The translations under genes were made by a program, and so were the position numbers. This document shows, one piece after another, positions 13,228-21,930 of a stretch of 33,793 nucleotides of DNA; position 1 is the first letter of the stretch, and the number at the start of each line of letters is the position of its first letter. Source of the stretch: a bacterium (GTDB taxonomy: Bacteria > SAR324 > NAC60-12); assembly GCA_965233585.1 (NCBI GenBank), contig CBDDTI010000426.1:1-33793 (forward strand). The letters run 5' to 3'. A model generated the notes under the pieces. It was given only the letters and a program-made list of their open reading frames with translations. It did no database searches and had not been told where the DNA came from.

Positions 13228-13845
13228 ATGACTGACGAAACAGGAATTAGAGACATGACTGGTTATAAATCAATCATTCCTCCATTCCCAGAAACGCAGA
13301 TGACTGATACCTGGATGAAAAACGATAATCAGATGACAATAGCAAATTCTTCGTCGACGCCCATTACAAACGATGAAACGGAAATTAGTGACACGAGTGG
13401 TTATAAAACAATCATCCCACCATTTCCTGAAACTCAGCCGACTGATGCCTGGATTGCCGATGAAAATCAACCAAAAATAGAAACTTCAAATCCATTGTCT
13501 TACACCGTGCCAAACTGTTTTAATTGGTCACCGTTGACGCACCAAAGGTCCTACCATGTTAAAAGCATCTTAGAGAATTTGATGGCAAACGTCTCTTACC
13601 TCGTTTTCGAGCTCGAAAAACTAAAGTTGAGTTTTCCTATTGATATGACTCGTGAAGATGCTCACAAAGAAGAAAAGTTATTGGAGAGATCGATTGAAAA
13701 ATTTCGACAAATGACTAGACAAGTGAGAAAATTAAAGAGGGAAATTATGGGTATGTTAGAAGATGGGGTGTATGTTAACCCACAAAATTACAACCGCTCC
13801 AAATACTCCACGGCCGCTTCTCTTGAATTTGAAATACAAGAATGA
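13228..13845 (+). CDS. Hypothetical protein with two ~35-aa N-terminal repeats and a predicted coiled-coil C-terminus
   Basis: 205-aa ORF downstream of a TATA box; repeats DETGIRDMTGYKSIIPPFPETQ and DETEISDTSGYKTIIPPFPETQ; retained in both copies. Confidence 0.72.
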   Translation: MTDETGIRDMTGYKSIIPPFPETQMTDTWMKNDNQMTIANSSSTPITNDETEISDTSGYKTIIPPFPETQPTDAWIADENQPKIETSNPLSYTVPNCFNWSPLTHQRSYHVKSILENLMANVSYLVFELEKLKLSFPIDMTREDAHKEEKLLERSIEKFRQMTRQVRKLKREIMGMLEDGVYVNPQNYNRSKYSTAASLEFEIQE

Positions 13846-14111
13846 GTCCCCCGCGCGAAGACAATTATCAAGTGGCAGACGTGTCAAACGTTACCGCCAC
13901 CCCCAACATCACAACGAACGCTATTAACAAGATTGTAATTAACACCTTGGATAAACTCCTATCGTCGTCAGATAATACAAGAACCTCAACCCCATTTATT
14001 ATAGTGGCATTGGTATTTTTCTTGCTCTTTTCAACCGTAGGAGCATTCTACGCCGCTTGGTCGGAATCAGACAAATCAGAAAATGATAATGTTCAATCGC
14101 GTTTAAACTAG
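13842..14111 (+). CDS. Small predicted single-pass membrane protein
   Basis: 89 aa with one ~22-aa hydrophobic segment; ATGA overlap with the upstream stop. Confidence 0.7.
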   Translation: MSPPREDNYQVADVSNVTATPNITTNAINKIVINTLDKLLSSSDNTRTSTPFIIVALVFFLLFSTVGAFYAAWSESDKSENDNVQSRLN

Positions 14112-14161
14112 AAATACACATCAAAATTTTATTTTTATGTGCTCAAATACAGATCATGTTT

Positions 14162-15754
14162 TTATTTAGGGTTTTGTATGGCTAAATTCATCATGATTTT
14201 TTCATTTGTTTCAAAATTAATCAATTCTCCGTCAAGTCTTTTTAACTGAAAATGCAACAAATCCAGTCGACTTGTATTACACTTTATGTATTCCAAATTT
14301 TCAAAATGCGTCGTCACATAATTGTCTTGTTCCTCGGCTCTATTAATTGGTATAACTTTTAATACAGGGTAAAACTCGTCTCCAATTACCGAGTGATTGA
14401 CGAAATTGGCATAGCAGATCATCACTCCCGGATATAGATAGTGCGGATCTAGACGTTCGTCACTTATAAATTGATTACTTTCATCCGCCAAAACAATGTC
14501 ATCATCTTGACTTATTCCTAGCAATAATCTTATTTCATGCGGCACTCTTATCCTTACTACCAAGGAGCGATTGAATTGATTGCCGACCCGTTTTACTTTA
14601 AAATGGTTTTTATGTGCGGAAATTTGAATGAGTCTTTGTAAATCTTTGCTCATACCATTATACATGGCCTCGATTAATTCATCCGTTGTTTTGATAGACC
14701 TCTTCTCAATGCAAAAGCAAAATCGCATTGTTTCAATCATTACCTCGATTTTCACAGGTGGAAATGTTTCTGTTGGGTCAGGATTTTGCATTGGCTGTTG
14801 CGATATAAATTCTTTTCTCTCCGGTCCCATAACAATATATTCTTCTTTGATTCCCAAAATGTTTTTTAATTCGGGCGGTATCAGCACTTTTACCTCAGGT
14901 GATTTAAATTCGGCATCGTACGTCGTCGGTCCGGTGTAAATTACTCGAAAAAACATATCTGCCGATTCTTTTGTTTTCTCCGTTTGCCCAAATTCAACAA
15001 AATTACGTACTACGCTGTCTCTTCCGTCGTTTAAGCGATGTAATAAGTAAGCAATTGTTTTCCGCTGATCAAGTTTGACCTCGATTTCTTGCTTGAACGG
15101 GTCTGTACTTACTTTAATTTTCTTATCAAAAACGCTTAACGGAACGCTATTAACCCGATTTGGAAAGGAGATGTCGGCTAAGGCTATTTTAGCTCCTTCG
15201 TTTAAATAAATGGGATGGCTCAAATGTACCTCGAAATTGTTGTTTTTCTGCGCGGGTTTTATGTTGTCGTCCATTTTTGAGTCGACGCGAATGTGCTTTG
15301 TCAAATATGACATCGCTCGTTTTGTTTTTCGCAAATGAAGTAAAACTAGACTCGGCTGACCCGATTTTAGTTTCAGAAGTTTGTCGGATGCGTCTAAAAA
15401 CTCAATGCCCACTGATTTTATTGAAGTGTTTTGAATAGGATAATATCGTATGTTGTTTAAAGTATGGTAGAAATATTTCCGTTTTTTGCTTGAAGGCAAG
15501 TCGGCCACGCATAAGATGTGAGAATTCTCGTTTGAGCTTGTAGACACAATGTTGGATTTAACCTGGACCACGTCAAAAACAAAATCTTGTTTCACATTTA
15601 AATGCAGACCAAAAGCTACAACCCCGACTTCCCAATCTCTTCTTTTGTTTAATTCTAAATTTTTCGGTAAAAAATTGTTAAAACGCGTTAGCGTGTTCAC
15701 GTAACAATCAGTGCTTGCGTTTGAAATGCAATATATAAGATGTCCTCCTTTCAT
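14162..15754 (-). CDS. Minor capsid protein (penton), apparently two tandem jelly-roll domains
   Basis: Polinton penton N-terminal pattern SNAS...NTLTRF...LP..LEL...WEVG and C-terminal pattern S.IGD..YPVLK.I...F....YI.....L..I.F. Confidence 0.85.
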   Translation of the reverse strand: MKGGHLIYCISNASTDCYVNTLTRFNNFLPKNLELNKRRDWEVGVVAFGLHLNVKQDFVFDVVQVKSNIVSTSSNENSHILCVADLPSSKKRKYFYHTLNNIRYYPIQNTSIKSVGIEFLDASDKLLKLKSGQPSLVLLHLRKTKRAMSYLTKHIRVDSKMDDNIKPAQKNNNFEVHLSHPIYLNEGAKIALADISFPNRVNSVPLSVFDKKIKVSTDPFKQEIEVKLDQRKTIAYLLHRLNDGRDSVVRNFVEFGQTEKTKESADMFFRVIYTGPTTYDAEFKSPEVKVLIPPELKNILGIKEEYIVMGPERKEFISQQPMQNPDPTETFPPVKIEVMIETMRFCFCIEKRSIKTTDELIEAMYNGMSKDLQRLIQISAHKNHFKVKRVGNQFNRSLVVRIRVPHEIRLLLGISQDDDIVLADESNQFISDERLDPHYLYPGVMICYANFVNHSVIGDEFYPVLKVIPINRAEEQDNYVTTHFENLEYIKCNTSRLDLLHFQLKRLDGELINFETNEKIMMNLAIQNPK

Positions 15755-15759
15755 ACTTG

Positions 15760-16839
15760 TTACGCTCGATTAATAACGCTATCTTCTGCAATCCAGCTAA
15801 GGTTTTTATAGCCTTTCCACTTCACCAACACCAACTTCTGCCCGGTTCTTTTATCTTTCTTCCTTCTCACAATTTTTTCAATGTGAAATAATTCCGGCGG
15901 CTTGGCCAGAGTCAGCTCATTAGCATAAAAATTTCCCTCTACCGTCTCGTCACCGTCCAGAGTTTCTAGCTCGTATGTAGGTATGGGTAATCGCGTAAAC
16001 ACCCGTCTGATCTTGTAAATTTCTTCAGTAAATTGCTTATTGTAACCTCTGTCAAATTGAGCTCTGTAGTTACTTATTCTGACCGTCTGGCCTTTCTTAA
16101 ATTTAGGCGGTCGCCTCTTTATTTTCGCATAAGCCTCTTCTTGTTTCATTCGGACTTTGGGTGCGTTTTTTGCTTTTTCCGCTTCAGCTGGACTCATACC
16201 GATCATTCTATGAACGCGCGAGTTATACGTCTTTACTAAAGATTGAAGCACGTGGATAAATCGATCCGTACCCCTAGATGTCATATATTTAAACATTAGA
16301 CTTTTAAGAGATCTGTTAAATCTTTCCACAAACGGCGCGTGCACAAAGTTGTCGCTGTGTAAAAGAGTAATGCCTTTACGTCGACAGTAGTCTTTAAAAA
16401 ATTTATTCTTGATCTCTAACCCTCTATCAGCTAGAATTTTTCGAGGCGGCTGTCTGGCTTTTTTTACAATGGTTTTGAATCCTTTTAAAAAAACCAAAGC
16501 TGTCTTGTTTTTTATGGGTTCAACAAAGGCATATCTCGAAAAAATGTCGATCGCTGTCAGCAAGTAACGATAATTGTCATTCGCGTTTGCCATTTTCCCA
16601 ATTTCAACCAAGTCTATTTGGAATTGATATCTTTTGTAATAAACATAGGTTGGGTTCCTAGGTTTTGGAGCCTTAGGTTGTCGGTGCAGAGTATAGGTGT
16701 CCGACGCCTGCAGCCATTTCTTTATTTTATTTATGGGTATGGACCCGTTAAAATGATTAAAAACGCGGTTCGGCGATGAAAAGGCAAAAGGCGAGCCGGG
16801 CGAAGTGTAAGCTTTTAAAAATTCGCGTTTAGTAATCAT
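15760..16839 (-). CDS. Retroviral-type (RVE) DDE integrase with C-terminal chromodomain
   Basis: WL.....YTLH, FQIDL, IDIFSRYAF, ILADRG, VERFNRSLK, YN...H..IGMSP; chromodomain IEKIV...LVKWKGY. Start taken at the ATG at 16839. Confidence 0.95.
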   Translation of the reverse strand: MITKREFLKAYTSPGSPFAFSSPNRVFNHFNGSIPINKIKKWLQASDTYTLHRQPKAPKPRNPTYVYYKRYQFQIDLVEIGKMANANDNYRYLLTAIDIFSRYAFVEPIKNKTALVFLKGFKTIVKKARQPPRKILADRGLEIKNKFFKDYCRRKGITLLHSDNFVHAPFVERFNRSLKSLMFKYMTSRGTDRFIHVLQSLVKTYNSRVHRMIGMSPAEAEKAKNAPKVRMKQEEAYAKIKRRPPKFKKGQTVRISNYRAQFDRGYNKQFTEEIYKIRRVFTRLPIPTYELETLDGDETVEGNFYANELTLAKPPELFHIEKIVRRKKDKRTGQKLVLVKWKGYKNLSWIAEDSVINRA

Positions 16840-17254
16840 CCTCGTCGTCGTTGTCGTCCTCAACATAAAACAGCGGTTTTTGTTTTGTTTTTCTTCTCTT
16901 ACCGCTTCCTACCGCATGCGTGCTATTTTTTCTCTTGACCGGTCTCTTGGACGCCTGTGCAGGCCTACTCGCCTTACCAGCCAGTAAGATGTTTCTAGTC
17001 GCGGATTTTAATCTCTTTTTCGCAGCGGCTCCAACTGCCCTGCCGTCCAAGGCTTCCAGTGCGGTGTCAATGGCTGCTCGTCCCGCCTCTTTTTTCAAAT
17101 ATCGTCCCGCTGATCTGACACCCTCGCTTCTCGCAATTTTACCGATTGTCTTTGCGGCGCCCTTCGCCACCGGAACCAACGACCGGAAAAGACTGCTAAA
17201 AATTGAACCTAATCCCGCCCCAGCTTGCACAGACGGTCCACGGTGGTATCGCAT
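16829..17254 (-). CDS. Basic virion core-like protein with N-terminal amphipathic helix
   Basis: QAGAGLGSIFSSLFRSLVP pattern typical of small Polinton structural proteins; K/R-rich. Confidence 0.75.
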   Translation of the reverse strand: MRYHRGPSVQAGAGLGSIFSSLFRSLVPVAKGAAKTIGKIARSEGVRSAGRYLKKEAGRAAIDTALEALDGRAVGAAAKKRLKSATRNILLAGKASRPAQASKRPVKRKNSTHAVGSGKRRKTKQKPLFYVEDDNDDEDDY

Positions 17255-17260
17255 ACTTTA

Positions 17261-17980
17261 TCAATTTTCAATTTTTTTGACGCACCTGCTTAAGGCCATC
17301 GGACTAACGCCTAATTGCTCGGCTAAACGCGATAAGCTTTTCGGCTTTTCCTGATCAACCCTACTCCGTTGTTCTCTTAAAAAGACGTGCGCGCATGCCG
17401 CGATTAGTGTTTTTGGCGAAAAAACAAACTTTTTTTCGTGTTGCTTTACTTTCTCTCTAATTTCCTTCAACTCCTTGTAGCTTAGATTTAAAGAGTGAAG
17501 AAAATATTCGCACATTAAATTTGGGCTGTAGAAAGAGTCGTCGTTTTTGAGATATTGCCACACTTTGTCCTGCTTGACGCCGGTTATGCCACATAAATCT
17601 TTCATCGGTCGCGGCACCCCCGACTCTATAAGCGCGGTGTAGATGCACATTACCGCTAAACTTTCTAAACAAACACCTCTTTTCCCTCTTTTCCCGCTAG
17701 CGTCCCATTTTTTGGCGATGACGCGTTTTAAATCCGCGCATTCGATATTGCACTTATAGCATACCCTTTGCATTGTCTCATCAGTAAAATTGTTTTTGTC
17801 GCAAGTCACATCCTCGCTCATTTTCTCCGCTTTAATCGATTCGAGCCGATAGTCGTACGGGGCATATATCCGATCATGCATCACGAGCCCGCAATCTGTA
17901 CATACTTCACACCCGTTTGAAAAATCATCCACAATATTGTAATGAGAACAAGTCCTGTTGAAATTATGAAAACGAGGCAT
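17261..17980 (-). CDS. TFIIB-like transcription initiation factor
   Basis: Zn-ribbon CSHYNIVDDFSNGCEVCTDCGLV; cyclin repeat 1 SLAVMCIYTALIESGVPRPMKDL; repeat 2 SPKTLIAACAH...LAEQLGVSPMALSR. Confidence 0.9.
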   Translation of the reverse strand: MPRFHNFNRTCSHYNIVDDFSNGCEVCTDCGLVMHDRIYAPYDYRLESIKAEKMSEDVTCDKNNFTDETMQRVCYKCNIECADLKRVIAKKWDASGKRGKRGVCLESLAVMCIYTALIESGVPRPMKDLCGITGVKQDKVWQYLKNDDSFYSPNLMCEYFLHSLNLSYKELKEIREKVKQHEKKFVFSPKTLIAACAHVFLREQRSRVDQEKPKSLSRLAEQLGVSPMALSRCVKKIEN

Positions 17981-18023
17981 GTTTATTTCTCCGCACGCGC
18001 TGCAAAACTGAAACGCGAATCAA

Positions 18024-18584
18024 CTATCGATCGCTCTTATATTGTTTTAAAAAATCTATAATAAAGTCCAAACTATGTTTGACCGCATCTTCGGACTTGG
18101 CCCCGATAATTACCATCTTGCCTGTGGAAAATATTAAAACCGTGTTGGCTTCAAAAGTCACAAACATGCCTGGGAAACGTTCGGGATTGAAGCGTACTTT
18201 TTTCACGTAGCTCTCCTTCCGAAGTTTATCAAAAACGTCCGGCAGCGGTATCTCAAAGCCTGCACGAAAGGAACAAGTTAAATTGTTTATTTCCCATGTT
18301 TGCACAGAGAAACGATTGCTGATAATGTCCGTCAGCAGACTTAACGATATTTTTATATCCGCTCGCGATGGCACTTTGGTAATATTGACATGATATGATT
18401 TGTTGTTTCCACGAGTCTTGAAAATGGTGTAGACGTATTGTTTCCTTACTACCGTAAAATTACTAAAAACTTTTTGTGACACATCTTTATTTAAGGATAA
18501 CGGCCCCTCATCCGCAAGAATAATTGTGCAGCTAAGCTTTATATTTGTCACAGTGACGTGCTCCGTGTTGTCTAGAAATGTCAT
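18024..18584 (-). CDS. TATA-binding protein (TBP)-like factor
   Basis: 186 aa; VTNI at the start of repeat 1, then INNLTCS...FNPERFPGM...VLIFSTGKMVIIGAKSED matching the TBP repeat signature. Confidence 0.92.
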   Translation of the reverse strand: MTFLDNTEHVTVTNIKLSCTIILADEGPLSLNKDVSQKVFSNFTVVRKQYVYTIFKTRGNNKSYHVNITKVPSRADIKISLSLLTDIISNRFSVQTWEINNLTCSFRAGFEIPLPDVFDKLRKESYVKKVRFNPERFPGMFVTFEANTVLIFSTGKMVIIGAKSEDAVKHSLDFIIDFLKQYKSDR

Positions 18585-19918
18585 CGTTGATTAATGGCGG
18601 TGTCGGTGGTTTAAATGTGGATTTCAATGAATTGCAGGGTGATAGTTTGAATGCGCATGCGACCCCCCTTGAAGACGCGGATTTAATATCGGGTCGTACT
18701 GTGCTATATAGTAGCGTGACTCCCGTCGAAGATTTAGAAGATGTTACGTTTTCAATTCCTTCCGACCCCGAATGCGCTTTTGTTTTAAATCAGACGAGGC
18801 TAGAGGGTCACTTTGTGGTAAAGACTGACAGCGGCGAGGGTGTAGCAGAGACTGACACGACAACAATTACTAACCATTATTGCGCCGCATTATTCTCGCA
18901 AATTGAAGTCCACCTTAACAAAACTCAAATATGTGATTTGAGTGCCCCTCTTTCTTATTCGTACAAACATCACATTGATTTTCTTCTGTCTTATAATAAT
19001 AATGTATTAACAAATGTGGGACGGTCCGAAGGCTTTTGCCGGACGCACCACGACAAATGCTTTGACAATATTGCCACGACCGGTAAAATGTGCCAATGCA
19101 TCGCGGAGAATCGTCCGAAAATAATGAACGACAAAAAAGTTTATTTTAGCTCAACTTTGCCCGTCGATATTTTTTACACCGACAAATATTTACCTCCGAA
19201 TGTGGAAATCACTGTTGTATTACGCAGGTTCAACCCATGTTTCGGGCTGCTTCAAGATAATCCGAACAAAGTCTATCGCATTCGTTTAAAGGAATTAAAA
19301 CTTCGCATGAGAAAAGTGTTACCGTGCGAGCGTGTGCGAAACAGGCTAAACGCCGAACTGCTAAAAGGTCGACCTTTTTTTCTGCCTTTTAAAGACACGC
19401 AGATGAAGCATTATCTGATCCCGTCTGGTTCCCTTAGTTTCTCCGCAAATCACATCAACAATAGCGAGATGTTGCCGCAACAAATTATTTTCTGCATGCT
19501 TCGAAGCGACCTTTTTGCTAAGGGACCGAGCTATCATTTCCCCTTTAAATTTAAACACGCCGATTTAGCATCCGTAATTTTGAAAAACAATGGAAGACCC
19601 CTCTTGCCTAGGCCTATAGAATGCAAGATAGATACAGGCGATTATATGGAATTGTACGACCATTTTCAAAGCAACGTCGGCGGCAGAAATTGTATTTCGC
19701 CCCAAGCTTTTACAGAGGGTCAGATGTTTCTCGCGTTCGACCTGACTCCGGATAAATGCCTATCCTTTCACAATCACGTCGGAGTGCCTGGAAATTTAGA
19801 AGTAGACTTGACTTTTAACACCGCCACCAGATCCCCCTTAACCCTGATTTCTTACGCTATTTATAATGCTGCCATTTCCATCGACAGCAACCTTCAGGTT
19901 ACCAAAATAAAATATTAA
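18578..19918 (+). CDS. Major capsid protein (double jelly-roll) paralog 1
   Basis: LNQTRL, ALFSQIEVHLN, YSYK, DIF..DKYLPPNV...V.L.R, LPQQI, AFDLTPD, GNLEVDLTF. Confidence 0.88.
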   Translation: MSSLINGGVGGLNVDFNELQGDSLNAHATPLEDADLISGRTVLYSSVTPVEDLEDVTFSIPSDPECAFVLNQTRLEGHFVVKTDSGEGVAETDTTTITNHYCAALFSQIEVHLNKTQICDLSAPLSYSYKHHIDFLLSYNNNVLTNVGRSEGFCRTHHDKCFDNIATTGKMCQCIAENRPKIMNDKKVYFSSTLPVDIFYTDKYLPPNVEITVVLRRFNPCFGLLQDNPNKVYRIRLKELKLRMRKVLPCERVRNRLNAELLKGRPFFLPFKDTQMKHYLIPSGSLSFSANHINNSEMLPQQIIFCMLRSDLFAKGPSYHFPFKFKHADLASVILKNNGRPLLPRPIECKIDTGDYMELYDHFQSNVGGRNCISPQAFTEGQMFLAFDLTPDKCLSFHNHVGVPGNLEVDLTFNTATRSPLTLISYAIYNAAISIDSNLQVTKIKY

Positions 19919-19987
19919 AATTGCACACCGCCGACTCCCTCTTTTTAAGAAGAACAGAAAACTACAGACTAGCATGCATTTTCGACA

Positions 19988-21322
19988 ATGACTGAAAAGG
20001 GTGGCATCGGAGGTCTAGGGTTCGAGCAGGACGATTTGACAGAACAAGCTCTTGATCTGCACGCGCCGCTCGGGGTCGATATAAGCCTTGAAAAAGGCAA
20101 TGATGTGGTCTACAACAGCGTTTCCAGCGTTTCAAACACCGGACCGATCGAATTCATCATCCCGCGAGACGAAGAGTGTTCCATCATTCTGGATCAGACT
20201 AGATTAATAGGGCATTTCGTTGTCAAGACAGCAAAGGATGAAAATGTCGGACCCGACGATCGAGTCTTTCTGGTCAATAATTTCGCGAGCAATCTATTTA
20301 GCGCGGTTGAAATCTACATTAACGGTACTCAAGTCTGCGACTTGAGCACGGCAAATTCCTACCCTTTCAAAAACTTTATCCAGACCGAGTTGTCGTTTGA
20401 TAGAGAGACCAAACAGAGTCAGCTAAGAGCCGAAGGTTATTTTGAAGAAAAAGAAAACGATATTGGAGCTTGCGAGCCCGGTATAAATCAGCGTTTAATA
20501 CACCGTCGAAATCTTATACTTCACGGCAAAAAAGTTTATTTCTGCTCTCGATTGGGGGCGGATATTATGTATACGGATAAGTATATGCCACCGAATGTCG
20601 ACATCAAGATTAAGCTTATTAGAAACAGTCCGACATTCGGTATTCTTCACGCCGAAGATGACAAATCTTTTAAAATCGTTTTAAAGGATTTAAAGTTGAA
20701 AATGAGAAAAGTTTTGCCGGTCGAGCAGCAGAGAAAGCATTTTAGGATGAAAATGTCTCAACAGCCCTGCTATATACCCTTTAAGCTGAGTCAGTTGAAG
20801 GTTTTTGTGATTCCAGCCGGGGTCACATCGTACACCGTTACCAATATTGCCTCACAAATACTGCCCAAACAAGTTATTTTCACCCTAATTCACAACCAAG
20901 CCTTGACGCACGATAGCAAATTCAACCCGTTCGACTTTCAACACTTTGATCTTAATTATTTCAATCTTATTAAAAACGGACAATGCGTCTTCCCAAAAGC
21001 TTTTCAGCCGGATTTTGATGATGATAACTACATGGACCTGTACAGACACATGTACGACAGCACGGGTTTCGGCATTTCAAATAGTTCTTGCGACATTTCG
21101 CCCGCGGTTTTTAAGAGAGGAAGATGTTTTCTAACTGCCGATTTGACCCCCGATCGCTGCAACAGTTTTCACATTCACCCCGACGAAAAAGGCAAGTTGG
21201 ACTTGGAATTAGGCTTTAAAACAGCCAAGCCTCACCCCATCTACCTGCTAGCCTACAGCATTTTTAATTCCGGAATTAAAATAGAGGAGAACGGCCAAGT
21301 TATTAGGGCCGAAGAGCGATAA
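19988..21322 (+). CDS. Major capsid protein (double jelly-roll) paralog 2
   Basis: GPIEFII, VNNF..NLFSAVEIYING, YPFKNFI, DKYMPPNVDIKIKLIR, LPKQV, NPFDFQHFDL, DLTPD. Confidence 0.92.
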   Translation: MTEKGGIGGLGFEQDDLTEQALDLHAPLGVDISLEKGNDVVYNSVSSVSNTGPIEFIIPRDEECSIILDQTRLIGHFVVKTAKDENVGPDDRVFLVNNFASNLFSAVEIYINGTQVCDLSTANSYPFKNFIQTELSFDRETKQSQLRAEGYFEEKENDIGACEPGINQRLIHRRNLILHGKKVYFCSRLGADIMYTDKYMPPNVDIKIKLIRNSPTFGILHAEDDKSFKIVLKDLKLKMRKVLPVEQQRKHFRMKMSQQPCYIPFKLSQLKVFVIPAGVTSYTVTNIASQILPKQVIFTLIHNQALTHDSKFNPFDFQHFDLNYFNLIKNGQCVFPKAFQPDFDDDNYMDLYRHMYDSTGFGISNSSCDISPAVFKRGRCFLTADLTPDRCNSFHIHPDEKGKLDLELGFKTAKPHPIYLLAYSIFNSGIKIEENGQVIRAEER

Positions 21323-21807
21323 TGGCCGGTTTGAGCAACGTATTTCTAGATCGGTTTTTATCCCCACTTTGCAAGAATTTCATCGGCACCTTTGCAGTCG
21401 ACACGTTACCCTCAAACTTGTGGAACACTAGCTGTTGCGCCATCGTCAATCTTTCGGTTTCAAGCCATCCCGGCAGTCATTTCATCGCCTTTTTTATTAA
21501 TAAGCAAAACTATTTGTATTATTTCGACAGCTATGCACTACCCGTGCCCACCTATAATCACCACCTCATCCATTTTTTGAAAAAATGGGAAAATTGCGGC
21601 AGAATAAGACATGTCCTGGACCGATCGATTCAAGCTTTCGATTCTTTGTTTTGCGGGTGGTATGCTGCCGCATTCTGCATGTTTGTCAATGCATACGCAA
21701 ACGTGAAGCCGCGGCACTTTTGCACTTTTTTTAATCCCAATAATTTACGCGAAAATGAAAAACGCGTCAAACATTTAGTTAATTGTTTGCAAGTCAAGCT
21801 TTATTAG
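21322..21807 (+). CDS. Adenain-family (C5) maturation cysteine protease
   Basis: IVNL....PGSHF, YFDSY, IQ...S.FCGWY provide the His, Asp, Gln and Cys catalytic residues. Confidence 0.93.
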   Translation: MAGLSNVFLDRFLSPLCKNFIGTFAVDTLPSNLWNTSCCAIVNLSVSSHPGSHFIAFFINKQNYLYYFDSYALPVPTYNHHLIHFLKKWENCGRIRHVLDRSIQAFDSLFCGWYAAAFCMFVNAYANVKPRHFCTFFNPNNLRENEKRVKHLVNCLQVKLY

Positions 21808-21930
21808 AAAATACAGAATTGCCTATAATGTTTTAGTTAATAAAAAGCCGCAAATCTGATTTCTGTTCTGCAGCAAAGCTGCAGTCGCCGCCGTTGCCGC
21901 GGCTGTTGCCGCGGTTGCACACACGCATCT

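Noticed and set aside
19905..19990. Herpesvirus-like TATT late promoter (TATTAAAA) upstream of MCP2
   Set aside because: TATT is too common in this AT-rich sequence, and I found no consistent spacing at other structural genes.
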